Assembly (NCBI GenBank): GCA_965644495.1
Contig: CBFFSA010000002.1
Location: forward strand, 372,001 to 436,000
Direction of reading: 5' to 3'
Source of the DNA: Perkinsela sp. CCAP 1560/9
Lineage: Eukaryota > Protista > Euglenozoa: Kinetoplastea
DNA length: 64,000 nt
Numbering within the stretch: position 1 is the stretch's first letter; every line of letters begins with the position of its first letter. The position numbers were made by a program, and so were the translations under genes. Of this stretch, positions 20,738-31,264 are shown one piece after another. A model generated the notes under the pieces. The model ran no database searches and was not told where the DNA came from. It saw only the letters and a program-made list of their open reading frames with translations.

Positions 20738-21457
20738 CTATGGCTGAACTATTTCAGATCGATCACTGGTCTTATGAAGTAAAAAGTGATCATTTTGAGT
20801 ATCGTCCTCAGATACAGGTTTAGACGTGACATTTTCTAATTCCTTTTTGTATTTTACTTGGTCTTCTTCAACAAACTTGTTGTTCACATCAGATAATTCT
20901 AAGGCCTCTGCATCCGGATGCACTGAGTGAGTCTGTGTTTCGAAGTCTTGCAATTGAGTGCTTTCCGTACGATACGTTTGCTCCGTTTCTTCCGAGAAGC
21001 TGTTTGTCCCAAATGACATTTTTTTCTTGAGCGTTGTTTTTACTTTAGATGAACGAATATCAAGTGATTCTCTTGTTGTGGGGACAGAATTCTCGATGTG
21101 GTCAATAATATATTTTGCAGGAACATCAGTAAAAAGTTGCGATTCGGTGACATGAAAATTCCCAAGAGTTTGAGTGGGACACTGTTCGCTACGCCGATCA
21201 AAAATGATTTCTTTGATTTCGTCCAGCTCTGCTAAAGCTTGAGACACCAGTCTAGCGTGCCGACGTCCAGGGGAAATTGAATGTTCGACATTTATCATCT
21301 TTATAAATATTGACAGACTATAAAAAATGGAAAAGTAAATTATTTTTACTAAAAAGAATATTTTGCTTTCTATCTCCTTTTTTAGTAGTTGTGTAAGCGT
21401 ACAAAAATAGAGGGGATAATAGTTTATCTGTACTGTAGATGCTTGAGATCTAAACAA
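20738..21457 (-). CDS. Hypothetical protein
   Basis: Long ORF on the cluster strand; probable start at internal MINVEH near 21298. Confidence 0.55.
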   Translation of the reverse strand: MFRSQASTVQINYYPLYFCTLTQLLKKEIESKIFFLVKIIYFSIFYSLSIFIKMINVEHSISPGRRHARLVSQALAELDEIKEIIFDRRSEQCPTQTLGNFHVTESQLFTDVPAKYIIDHIENSVPTTRESLDIRSSKVKTTLKKKMSFGTNSFSEETEQTYRTESTQLQDFETQTHSVHPDAEALELSDVNNKFVEEDQVKYKKELENVTSKPVSEDDTQNDHFLLHKTSDRSEIVQP

Positions 21458-21689
21458 AGGAAACTACATATGTATATGTATGTATACTCATTCTTCCTAA
21501 AATAAATGCGTTCTTTTGCTAGCGGCCTATTTCGAGTAATTTTCCATTTTTACAGTACAAGTCTTCGAATAAAAACAAAAGAAAATCCTACGTCTGCGAT
21601 GATTACGCTACGAACATGTTTGCATAGCCAACAAAAATTCACTAATATCCAACACAAAAATAGCTTGAAATTACTTGAACGGTTCTATT

Positions 21690-22073
21690 TTACACCAAAA
21701 GTTTTTCGACTTCAAGCTTTATGGAGTCGATTTGAGAACGGAGCGGTGATCCATCTGCACTTGTAATTGCCAAGGCAACAACATTCCGTGACACCTGCGC
21801 CGCACGACCAAGCGCCGTCTTCGAAGGAACAAACACGTATGGCACATTTTTGTCTTCGCACAAAAGTGGGAGGTGTAACACAATCTCAACAGGATTCGTA
21901 TCACCTGCCATGACTATCAACTCTGCAGTTCCGCGATTCAGAGCTTTTGTGGCCTCATTTGCTCCCTTTTTTAAAAGCTTATAGTTGGAAGACTGTTGTA
22001 CCAAATCATATATGGCTCTCGCCAAAGTGTCCTGAGCCAAAGGAAATGCTTTATCGCTGACACCGTCTGACAT
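21690..22073 (-). CDS. SNU13: 15.5K/Snu13 K-turn-binding protein (L7Ae family)
   Basis: KAFPLA...[14 protein letters not shown]...[20 protein letters not shown]; ATG at 22073. Confidence 0.96.
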   Translation of the reverse strand: MSDGVSDKAFPLAQDTLARAIYDLVQQSSNYKLLKKGANEATKALNRGTAELIVMAGDTNPVEIVLHLPLLCEDKNVPYVFVPSKTALGRAAQVSRNVVALAITSADGSPLRSQIDSIKLEVEKLLV

Positions 22074-22436
22074 GTGTGAGCTGTGAGAGCTATGAAAAGA
22101 TTTCAGAAAAGCGCAATAGAAGAAAAAGTAAAGCATATATCGACCTTCTTTTTATAAAAAGATCAATTCGATATTACGAATTTGAAAGCGACGTAATCTC
22201 TGTATTAAAATTAAAATTATTGAAACAAAACGTTTCTGGTGTGTCGATTATAGTGAAGAAAATAATTGTATTCTTTGTTTAGGGCTAAAGACTAAAAACT
22301 GTTTGCTAAATATCAAATTTAAGGTAAGCCCAAAGCTATATTAATGATATGTCTGGAACTGGAAATAGAAAGTTTACGCGAGACCAAGAAGAAAAGCAAA
22401 TTTCAAACTTTATACCACATTTTTATACAACCCTAA

Positions 22437-23963
22437 CTACTCAGTACCGTCCTCGCAGTCTTCTGTAGGCTCGGGGGGGTTATTCTCCTGTGACGTGATC
22501 ATATCAAGTAAGGAGTGCAGCGGTACCCCTAATTGCTGCTGCGCCGCGAGCATCTGTTGCAGCGTGCTGTCCGTGAGGCCCCCGTGAGAATCCGCGGGAC
22601 CACACGTGACATGTTTTGCAGCCCAATCTTCAAACCACTCCATTTGCTGCATTAGATCAAGTGCCTCCCCAGGTCCGGACCCAAAGCGTTCCAACTCTTC
22701 CTTCATCTCCTGCAGAACCTCAATATGGGTAATCAATTCAGCCTGACGTTTTTCCCGGATCTGCTGGTGAAGATCCTCTCGTGGGGCTTCCAGCAGGGCT
22801 TGCCGTTGGGAGGCCGCAGGTTGAAGGATAGCACAGATCTCATGCCACGTGAGATCCGTCTCTGGGTGAGATTCAAACTTCCTTTGCAGCTCGGGAAGTT
22901 GTTTCTGCGTGTGATGATAGCGGTAGTGCAAGGCCTGAGGAAGTGACAGGGTAGACTTGCCGTACTCCAACATGTCACAGTACGCACTCACAAACGCCTT
23001 AGAGTCCGGGTTGCTAAACGTTCCGGGTAAGAGCTCGTCTAGTTGATGCCCCGTAACCAACGGGATCCCGCTATGACACTTTATTAGCATACAGGATATG
23101 TTATCCCTAGACCCACGATGAAGGGCCTCGTCACATACAGACGCACACACTGCCGCTAGATCACTTGTGTGTTCCAACTGCTTCGCAGTAAACTGCGCAA
23201 TCTGTTCATTGGTAAAATCTCCCTCATAAACTCCGTCACAAAAGATGAGGACAAAATCTTCTGAATCCTTTTCAATCGTTGCGTGGGTGACGTCACATAC
23301 TGCAATCACTTTCTGATGTTGCTGGTCGGTTGTGGGGGCGTGCTGCTTGTATGAGGCATCTCCAAAGGCGCGCGAGATTGCCAGCCCACCGTCCACCCGG
23401 TTGTTCTCCACATGGCCGCCACATTTCAGGATCCGTGCACGTTCCTCCGGGAGCTCTGGTTTGTGGTCTCGTGTGAGCCACTCAAAAGTTTGGTTCTGAC
23501 GCCCAACAATCACACGGCTATCCCCAAGGTTGCCAATCTGCAAATGGTAGCGATCATTCACAAAGCTGGATAGGATCCATACCCCTGTGGAGCCTCCCTC
23601 CTGACCCTGCTCAATCCACATTCGGTCCACGTCTAGGGCAAGGCGTTGCACTTCTGCGTCCGGAGGTAATCCCGTGGCGCTTGTGACAGTTGCGTTTGAG
23701 GCGTCATACCAGGAGCGTATGGCGTTGGGAAGGGCTTGGGCGACGTACGCGCTGCATTTGTCCGTAACATGCCCGTCAAAGATGGCAAACATTCCCCATG
23801 GAGGTTTGTTGGACTCCGGTACCGCGGGCTGAAAGTGACACGTGTGGGCGTCTTCCATGTGTTCTCGGTAGCCGTTCATGCTGCAAAGGCCGACGGAGAA
23901 GAGCTCATTTCCGCGACGTTCCAAAACTTTGGTGGTGACAGGCTTTGGAAGAACTCCACCCAT
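22437..23963 (-). CDS. Protein phosphatase 2C (N-myristoylation type)
   Basis: MG start, GYREHMEDAH, FDGH, NLGDSR, DHKP, ISRAFGD, CDG, GSRDNIS. Confidence 0.95.
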   Translation of the reverse strand: MGGVLPKPVTTKVLERRGNELFSVGLCSMNGYREHMEDAHTCHFQPAVPESNKPPWGMFAIFDGHVTDKCSAYVAQALPNAIRSWYDASNATVTSATGLPPDAEVQRLALDVDRMWIEQGQEGGSTGVWILSSFVNDRYHLQIGNLGDSRVIVGRQNQTFEWLTRDHKPELPEERARILKCGGHVENNRVDGGLAISRAFGDASYKQHAPTTDQQHQKVIAVCDVTHATIEKDSEDFVLIFCDGVYEGDFTNEQIAQFTAKQLEHTSDLAAVCASVCDEALHRGSRDNISCMLIKCHSGIPLVTGHQLDELLPGTFSNPDSKAFVSAYCDMLEYGKSTLSLPQALHYRYHHTQKQLPELQRKFESHPETDLTWHEICAILQPAASQRQALLEAPREDLHQQIREKRQAELITHIEVLQEMKEELERFGSGPGEALDLMQQMEWFEDWAAKHVTCGPADSHGGLTDSTLQQMLAAQQQLGVPLHSLLDMITSQENNPPEPTEDCEDGTE

Positions 23964-24118
23964 TTAAGAGAGAGGATGATGCGAGTAACAAGTAGTAAAA
24001 AGATTGCAATACACATCAACCTGATATTAGCTTGGAAAGATACATATTTCACAATGCTTCCATAAGCAAAAAATGTTTGTTTCAGTTATACGTTAGATAA
24101 TACGTTTTTTTAAAGACA

Positions 24119-25372
24119 TTAAATAATGGCATTTGGCAAAGCCATCGCAAGAGTCCCATCGCTCTCTTGAGTAAGATGGAGTGAAATGCGCAGAGGAAGT
24201 ACTGTAGTGTACAGGCACCAAACAGTGGAAGAACTCAAATAGCGTGCTATTCCAGTCGTATCTGTGCTGTATTTCATTTCAACTGTACCTCTAATGACAT
24301 AAATTAAAATAGGACAGCCATTGTGCGTCTTAGAATCCTGGTCTCCCGAAGGATCTATGCTGTATGAAGCACTCCTTCTTTTCGCATCGAGATGAAATAC
24401 GACCATACGAAATTCCGGAAAGTCTTTTGCTGGTGTTGGAAAGTATTCGTAAACGGAATTTGAGAATTGGGGCGTAAGCCTCATATTTAGTCCGTTTTGA
24501 GAATCATATGTTATCATACTCAGAAACGTTTCAATATCTTTAAACTTTGGCGTAAGACCGCCGCGAACAACATTGTCTGAACTACGCATAACTTCAAGGC
24601 AATCTCCGGATATATAGGCATGAGGTTCATTCGGCCTTAGAAAGAGACCCTCAAAAGGTTGTAGTCGCACATATCTCAATATGAAAACAAACCAACAACC
24701 AACATCATTGGGAAACTGTTCTTGCAGCCTCAAAAAAAGGTTAACTTCGGGAATAAGACTGTTAGATTTCTTGTCATATCTTTGAGTAAGGCTATAAGTT
24801 TGTTCCTCAATAAACGCGGACGACAAATCATACATTCTTTGTACACCATGTCGAATGCTATCTATCTCTGATTCCGAAGAATGGAAATCCGTCCAAACCA
24901 AAGAAAATTCTTGAATTGTATTGCAGAAGTGAGCAATTTCGGAAATGGGCCGAAAGCCGCATAACGCTTCCATTGGGGAAATCGCTACTGCAATTTCAGG
25001 CTTGTGATAACAGTCAGGGTAGTGTATCGAGTCTCGTTGGTGCAGTGTTGCGGCGAGAATTTTATCTGGATGTGCCTGGATAGATAATGCCCTACGAATA
25101 GTTAATATCTTAAATAGGAACGGTAAAGAATGGTTATAACCATTTCTCTTCAACCACGTAGACAAGAATTCGGTATTCTCTAAATCTGTTGATAATATTT
25201 GAGAGGGAAGAGTTGGATGATCACCTGCCCAGATTTCGGCTAAGGTATCGTCTTCTCTAATGTCTACGTCTCCATTAACCTTGAGAAAGTCCTTGATAAT
25301 GCTGTCTTTGGTATGTTGACCCCACAAGTAGTGTTGTACATGAGCTTTGAGCTGCACCAGATGAATTGTCAT
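24119..25372 (-). CDS. PMI: Mannose-6-phosphate isomerase type I
   Basis: QHYLWG, AEIWAGDHP, LSIQAHPD, HKPE, PHAYISG, SDNVVRGGLTPKFKD; ATG at 25372. Confidence 0.95.
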   Translation of the reverse strand: MTIHLVQLKAHVQHYLWGQHTKDSIIKDFLKVNGDVDIREDDTLAEIWAGDHPTLPSQILSTDLENTEFLSTWLKRNGYNHSLPFLFKILTIRRALSIQAHPDKILAATLHQRDSIHYPDCYHKPEIAVAISPMEALCGFRPISEIAHFCNTIQEFSLVWTDFHSSESEIDSIRHGVQRMYDLSSAFIEEQTYSLTQRYDKKSNSLIPEVNLFLRLQEQFPNDVGCWFVFILRYVRLQPFEGLFLRPNEPHAYISGDCLEVMRSSDNVVRGGLTPKFKDIETFLSMITYDSQNGLNMRLTPQFSNSVYEYFPTPAKDFPEFRMVVFHLDAKRRSASYSIDPSGDQDSKTHNGCPILIYVIRGTVEMKYSTDTTGIARYLSSSTVWCLYTTVLPLRISLHLTQESDGTLAMALPNAII

Positions 25373-25628
25373 AAAGTGAATCGGATCCAGAAATAAATAT
25401 TGGTTACGTTGTAAAGAACACAAATTTGGTAGTAAATTATTGTTGAAAACTATCGCAATTGTTGGAATGAAGTGAATCTGTTGTTGTATCTTCGGATGTA
25501 ATAACAATGCTAAAGAAATTGCTACTTCAATACGAATCTAACTTTCCAAACAGCGTATTCGAACTTACCTTCTTATACTTATCTTAACCAACATGGGACA
25601 TCTTTACCTGTTGCCTCGTCTTACAGAA

Positions 25629-25889
25629 TTAGCGATCCGGCTTTCTGCGATACTTTGTCCCTTCCGTAAGCCGTGCTTTGCCACCGGTTGGTTGAGCGAG
25701 GGTGGTATTGCAACCAGCGCAAATCACTGCTGTTTTCGCATGGCTGTATACCGTCTGCACTTGGTAGCATCCCTTACACTTTACATCCCAGAAAAAGCTA
25801 TTGGGTCCCTGTACGAGTCTTTTGCGCTTGTGCTTTTGCGCTTCTGACCGCTCCGAAGGGTACGCGAGATCGGTGTCAAGAAAAACCAT
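25629..25889 (-). CDS. RPS27: 40S ribosomal protein S27
   Basis: [22 protein letters not shown]...[18 protein letters not shown]. Confidence 0.97.
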   Translation of the reverse strand: MVFLDTDLAYPSERSEAQKHKRKRLVQGPNSFFWDVKCKGCYQVQTVYSHAKTAVICAGCNTTLAQPTGGKARLTEGTKYRRKPDR

Positions 25890-26129
25890 CTTTAAAGAGC
25901 TTACGAATATACAAAATATATTGGAATTCTAATAAAAAAATATGACGTTCTTCAAATTTTTACAATGAAATCAAAGAGTTAAAAAAGAAGACCTTTCGAT
26001 TTATCCTCCGACGGCCAAAAAAGATCCATCCTATGTAATATACATAAACGATACTAGTAGATCCTAAATGCAAGTGACCGTACGTACACGAACGACAAAC
26101 CCGTTACACAACCTACACAAGAAACAAAT

Positions 26130-27410
26130 TCACGGATACCACGCTGTGGAAGGCGGCCGCGACTCCGTTTTCCCCCTCGCCCAACGTACCCACGACATAC
26201 CATTGCGCAGAACATAGGCATACACATAGGTGTGGGTATTCCCAATCCCTTGACCCCCGACAACCGCACACGCCTTAGGATCAATCTCCTCGAACGCGCC
26301 ATTTCCCGTCGTTAGATGATCCAACAACAGAAACCGCCCGGTCGCCGCATCCACCACACTCAACTGTCCCGCACTATCCCCCGTCACCACCGCACCCCAC
26401 TCCGTTACCCCCACACTCGTTAAATCTGCCCTCTGTGCCCGATCACACGGCACAAAACACCGATTCCAGGCTTGTACCCCCTCCCTCCCCTCTCCCCGTC
26501 CCCCTCTCCCCCCCTCCCCCACCCTTAACGAGAAGCACCGCCCCCCCACGGTGCCACACGCCACAAAGGGGAGCGCCCCGCCCCCGGGGTCCCCCCCTCC
26601 CCCACCGGCCCCCGCTGCCCCCCCCACCGGCTCCCCCACCACACTCACCACGTCCTCCGTGCAGAAACTCAGCACGTGGGTTTTGTCAAACCGCAGGTCC
26701 CAGAGCCGCAGGCAGGGGGAGGGGGTGGGGGCGAGCACGGTGTAGTCCCCGAGGCCGAGCACCCCCGCGGGGTGGGTCCCGGGGAGCGTGGAGCGGTGCG
26801 TCATGGTGTGGGTGTCGTAGAGCCGGGTGACGCCGGTGCTGTCGGTGACCGCGGTGAGGTGGCCGTGGCGAAGGGAGGTGGTGATGTGGGAGATGAAGGC
26901 ACGAGAAGACGAAGAGGAACCGATGGGGTTACGGTTGTTGTTGTTGTGGTTATTGTGGTGGTCGGGGATGATACGTACGGTTTGTAAAGGGGTGCCATGG
27001 GTGTGGAGGGGGTGGAGGAGGTGGACGTGTCCGGTGCTGTCACCGACGAGGGTGGCACCGGGACGGGTGTGGATGAGGGATCCAGCGGTGATGGCGGGGG
27101 AACCGGGGAGGGTGTGACATTCAAGGAGTTCGGGGATGGGAGTGGGGGAGGAGAGCTCGGGGGAGAGCGCGGCGTGGGTACGGGGGGTGGTGTCGTCGTA
27201 TGGGGCGGAGGGGTCGTGGAGAGAGGGGTTGCGGACAATGTAGACGTGGCCTTCGGCGGTGCCGGCGGCGACGTAGGGGTGGTGGTTTGACCCAAGGTCG
27301 GGGGTGGAGGTGGGTTCAAAGGGTCCGGAGGGTCGTGAGAAGGCTTGAGGGACCATTAGACAGGTAATGGTCTCCTCAATTTCCATTTGTACAGCCTCCG
27401 ACACGCTCAT
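26130..27410 (-). CDS. Divergent WD40/beta-propeller protein
   Basis: Repeated blade-like segments (VAAGTAEGHVYIV, LVGDSTGHVHLL, LRLWDLR, VVTGDSAGQLSVVD). Confidence 0.65.
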   Translation of the reverse strand: MSVSEAVQMEIEETITCLMVPQAFSRPSGPFEPTSTPDLGSNHHPYVAAGTAEGHVYIVRNPSLHDPSAPYDDTTPRTHAALSPELSSPTPIPELLECHTLPGSPAITAGSLIHTRPGATLVGDSTGHVHLLHPLHTHGTPLQTVRIIPDHHNNHNNNNRNPIGSSSSSRAFISHITTSLRHGHLTAVTDSTGVTRLYDTHTMTHRSTLPGTHPAGVLGLGDYTVLAPTPSPCLRLWDLRFDKTHVLSFCTEDVVSVVGEPVGGAAGAGGGGGDPGGGALPFVACGTVGGRCFSLRVGEGGRGGRGEGREGVQAWNRCFVPCDRAQRADLTSVGVTEWGAVVTGDSAGQLSVVDAATGRFLLLDHLTTGNGAFEEIDPKACAVVGGQGIGNTHTYVYAYVLRNGMSWVRWARGKTESRPPSTAWYP

Positions 27411-27563
27411 TTTGCAAGTGATGGTGTACGAGGAGAGCTAGTAAAACACTATAGAAGTATTTTAGAATTGGAATGAGTGATTGATTATTTACTAGTATTT
27501 GAATTTATTTGACTTTGAGATAAAACAAAAGTAATTTTTTTTTCGTGTGATTGAAAGGCCTAT

Positions 27564-27600
27564 GGAACGAGATCTCTCGAATAGGAAGAAATGAGCAAAA
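27564..27600. mobile_element. Short relic of the Tc1 TIR internal motif
   Basis: GGAACGAGATCTCTCGAAT...AAATGAGCAAAA matches the TIR. Confidence 0.6.
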
Positions 27601-27739
27601 AAGCTTAAAAAAGCTTAAAGCTACGGAAGGGAAGGCATTGCGAAGCAGTCTGAAGTAAAGCTAATCATACACTGCCATCAGGGTAGCGTTTTGGAAATTG
27701 AAGAAAAAGACCACTTAAAAAGAAGAAAGCTTAATTCTC

Positions 27740-28111
27740 CTACCGCCAGACATTGATATTCGCTTTGTCGTATAAGCATTTCATCCAACTGTGCCGAGCA
27801 TGTGTACATAACTCTGAGGATTTATTTCCTTTGCTTTCATAACACCGAGCAAGCTCTTTACTTTCTTGAGGACATACCCGGAAAGATTCTTCCGTTGCTT
27901 GCATAAATACGTTTACAACTGCGGCATCTTTCTCCCGACAATATGTTGGATCTGAAAACCAGAAAGCACAATCCTGTGCTGCCTCAACAAGACGTTGAAT
28001 ATGTGGGATAGAGTCATAAAGTGGTGCAAATGCATGCAAAATTGCGGAAGGCAGACCACTTCTAAAACTGTCCGCTAATGTTGGCGAAAATCTGTCCCCA
28101 TTTTCGTCCAT
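27740..28111 (-). CDS. CX9C (CHCH-like) mitochondrial intermembrane-space protein
   Basis: Three CX9C motifs: CAFWFSDPTYC, CPQESKELARC, CTHARHSWMKC. Confidence 0.6.
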   Translation of the reverse strand: MDENGDRFSPTLADSFRSGLPSAILHAFAPLYDSIPHIQRLVEAAQDCAFWFSDPTYCREKDAAVVNVFMQATEESFRVCPQESKELARCYESKGNKSSELCTHARHSWMKCLYDKANINVWR

Positions 28112-28410
28112 GGATGCGGCGTAAGAAAGTGCATTACCCAGAGATGTACTTTATGGCTATTTTGATTTAATTTAAAAATAAATCACCCTAAACGACCGAG
28201 TAGAAGGATATCTGAAGACTAATGTGAAGAGTGAATATACGTAATACTTATAAAAATGCATATCCGATTAGCAGAACAGGTATAAAATAGCAACTTGTTG
28301 AACGAGATATTAGGATTGAAAGAGTACGTTTGCATAAAATTCTTCCAGATAATCATTTTTTGAGCCTACAACTATGAAAAGCTACACAACAGCTACATGT
28401 TGTGCACATG

Positions 28411-29055
28411 CTACATGATAGAGCAACATCCTTTCGACTTGACTGTGTTTCTTGCTCCTGGAGGGTTGAGACGTATTCCACTGGACCTTTGTCCCGTAGA
28501 CGCCCTTTGTGCTGTCACACGACGCTTAATTTCCATTGTCATCTTGTTAAATGCCTCCTCTACATTCGTAGCCTTTTTCGCAGAGGCCTCCATAAAAGGT
28601 ATACTCAGTGAATCCGCAAACTGTTGCGCAGTTTCCTTTTCCACTTTTCTTTGACCCACGAGATCGCATTTGTTCCCGATGAGAATTTTATTCACATTGT
28701 CACTGGCATGCTTAGAGATTTCATGAAGCCACCCTTTTACATGTTCGAAACTTTCGCGGTTAGTGACATCATATACTACAATAATACCATGAGCTCCTCT
28801 ATAATAACTTGACGTGATGGTGCGAAACCTTTCCTGTCCGGCAGTGTCCCACAATTGCAGTTTGATTGTTTTTCCATCCATCCGAACAGTACGTATCTTG
28901 AAGTCGACCCCAATCGTAGAGATAAAGCTCTCGGCGTAGGTGTCATCGGCGAAACGCAATAACAAGCAACTTTTTCCGACTCCACTATCTCCTATCAAAA
29001 GGATTTTGAACAGGTAGTCGTACTCAGAGGTTTGTAGACTGGTTGGTACAGGCAT
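28411..29055 (-). CDS. RAB1: Rab1 GTPase
   Basis: [50 protein letters not shown]. Confidence 0.95.
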   Translation of the reverse strand: MPVPTSLQTSEYDYLFKILLIGDSGVGKSCLLLRFADDTYAESFISTIGVDFKIRTVRMDGKTIKLQLWDTAGQERFRTITSSYYRGAHGIIVVYDVTNRESFEHVKGWLHEISKHASDNVNKILIGNKCDLVGQRKVEKETAQQFADSLSIPFMEASAKKATNVEEAFNKMTMEIKRRVTAQRASTGQRSSGIRLNPPGARNTVKSKGCCSIM

Positions 29056-29296
29056 CTAAAATAAAATATAAGAAAATAAGACTTTGCCCAGAAGTAGCTT
29101 TCTAAATATAACTACTATGTAAATACACTGCCGACTAATATTATTGAGTTTTTAATTATTGTCGAAACTAATCAACTTTCAATTAAAAAACAATAATTTT
29201 TGTACCATGAATTTTAACGATAATAATTTTTGGCTTGGGTGTAGCATAACTAACCCTGTCGTTCTCCCGTATGCTGCAACATCTTTCGGATCACTA

Positions 29297-29600
29297 CCGT
29301 AGACCCCTCCCAGTAAGAGAGACTCAGCCCTTTTCGAGCTGAGTAAGAGACCCCCGGTGAGAGAGATTTGGCACGGGATCCCTATAGGAGGCGTATAGGG
29401 AGTAGGGGGTGAGTGTCCGCATGTTGGGGGCCTCGGGGGTAACCCACATTTTAATTGTGGGCGCTAAATGCTTTAACACGTTTTCACAAAAAAAAGTTGG
29501 GAGAAAAGTTGGGAGAAAACTGTCCAAAAAAGCATCCCCCCCAGTAAGAGAGATTTGACCATTTTGACCCAAAACCCATTCTCTTACTGGGGGTGCACGG
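29297..29600. mobile_element. MITE, 304 bp, CCGT-ended (Tc2/pogo-like)
   Basis: TA|CCGTAGACCCCTCCCAGTAAGAGA ... TCTCTTACTGGGGGTGCACGG|TA; internal copies of the CCAGTAAGAGAG motif. Confidence 0.78.
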
Positions 29601-29664
29601 TAAACGGTAGGTCGTAAACGCAAATAGCAATACAAAAGCACTTTCTCAGTTTTCAGAAATGTGC

Positions 29665-31095
29665 TTATAATTTGGATACACTAGTACCAACTATCTGAGC
29701 TTCCTTTTCGGTGTGACAAGCAGATGGTCTCTCCTTGATTTCTCCATGAGTGGCTAGCCAGAGAGCGCCCAACCCACTGCCTTGTTTGACATGTATAATT
29801 TTTGCACTGTACAAACCACATAACTGCTGTAAACCTAGGGTAAGAATCTTTCGGTATTGAGGCATGCACTCAAATAAGCCCCCATCTACTGCAATTCGTA
29901 TTTCTCTGGAAATGTTTCTTTCCTTGATGATCACGTCTACTAGTGCAGACAATGCCCCGGCAACAAGCAGTGCTGAGCGATTTCTCACAATTTTGAAAAC
30001 AGTTTTAAAAATTCGAGTTTCACTTGAATCAGTCATATCGAAACCAGAGGTTCCATTTATCTTGATAGAATTGTTCATAAATCTGCTCATCGTGGAAGAT
30101 GTTATGGCATTGACTTTCGAGAGCAACTTACGAGAGTGACTATGAAGAGGAAGTATGTCCAGAAGTATGAGTCGTGAAATTTCACCCAGGTACCTCCCAG
30201 AAATCAATTTCTCGAATCTCTGCTCGCCAGGATTCGTGCTGTTTTGATCTAAAGTGCGATCGTAAGAAGTATCTGGAAGCGGTGTATTTTTTTGTCCACT
30301 GCCAAGATTACCCCACTCAATGTTCGTGGCCGTTAAGCGAAGATCTGTCTCATCTTCCTTGTCCGAGTCACTTGAAGTGTTATAAGATTTCCTCCAATAG
30401 CACGAATTCGTTCCTGTACCCAATATACAACCAATATCAGCTTCATGTCCGTAAAATTCTTGCGAAAGGAGGGTGCCGACTGTGTCATTACATAGTGCAA
30501 CCACATGAAAGTGGTGTAACCCTTTCCTTATCAGTGCCTCTCGCAAGCACTCAACAATATCTCGCTGATTCCCATCCGAAATGGCGTAACCCTTCGTCCA
30601 CCGCAGAAGAGTACCACTGCACAATCCGGTTTGTTTTACAGGAAATGAAAAAGTAAAGGCAAGTGGGATGCGGCAAGAATTGCTTCGTGATATAGAATCG
30701 TTGGTGGATAGAGACTCAGCTGTAGCCACGCATTCGACTACGAAGTCAAACAAGGCGTTCAAGGATCCTTTCTTTACAGCATCGGGCACTATACGGGATT
30801 GCTGCAAAAGGCATTTCTTTCGGTGACTCCACTGGGCTAAACACAAGACACGACAATGAGTACCACCAAGATCTACAGCGTAATAGATTCCAGGAGAAAC
30901 GCTTCTTCGTTGATTCGGTTTTTCTATAAAAGTAGGTAGCATTGCAAGAGAACTTGAACCACGTAAACCAGTATCCATCTCAGCCATCATATACCGCTTC
31001 AGAGCGAATAATTGCTGAGGAGATGGAAGAAAACTTGCTTGGAGTGTTTGTAATTTCTCCTGCATCTCTGCTATCGCAGTGTGTGACTCTTCCAT
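29665..31095 (-). CDS. HK: Hexokinase with C-terminal PTS1 (-SKL)
   Basis: DLGGT, FTFSFP, WTKG, NDTVGT, GTGTN, NIEWG, FEKLISGRYLGE; ends SKL. Confidence 0.95.
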   Translation of the reverse strand: MEESHTAIAEMQEKLQTLQASFLPSPQQLFALKRYMMAEMDTGLRGSSSLAMLPTFIEKPNQRRSVSPGIYYAVDLGGTHCRVLCLAQWSHRKKCLLQQSRIVPDAVKKGSLNALFDFVVECVATAESLSTNDSISRSNSCRIPLAFTFSFPVKQTGLCSGTLLRWTKGYAISDGNQRDIVECLREALIRKGLHHFHVVALCNDTVGTLLSQEFYGHEADIGCILGTGTNSCYWRKSYNTSSDSDKEDETDLRLTATNIEWGNLGSGQKNTPLPDTSYDRTLDQNSTNPGEQRFEKLISGRYLGEISRLILLDILPLHSHSRKLLSKVNAITSSTMSRFMNNSIKINGTSGFDMTDSSETRIFKTVFKIVRNRSALLVAGALSALVDVIIKERNISREIRIAVDGGLFECMPQYRKILTLGLQQLCGLYSAKIIHVKQGSGLGALWLATHGEIKERPSACHTEKEAQIVGTSVSKL

Positions 31096-31264
31096 TTAAA
31101 AGAAATGTGGCCTTCAAAAATGATTTCTCTAAAATACTCAAGCGATTACTTGAATGTTTTGACATGGATTTTTAGATCCTTCCAATTTATTAATACGCTG
31201 CGTCGAGACGCGTATAGAAAATCATTTGGCTATGTACATACTAGTAATACAAGACTTTCTAATT

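Noticed and set aside
26435-27319. Several long overlapping ORFs here and at 51-563
   Set aside because: By-products of extreme G/C skew and low stop-codon frequency; low-complexity translations.
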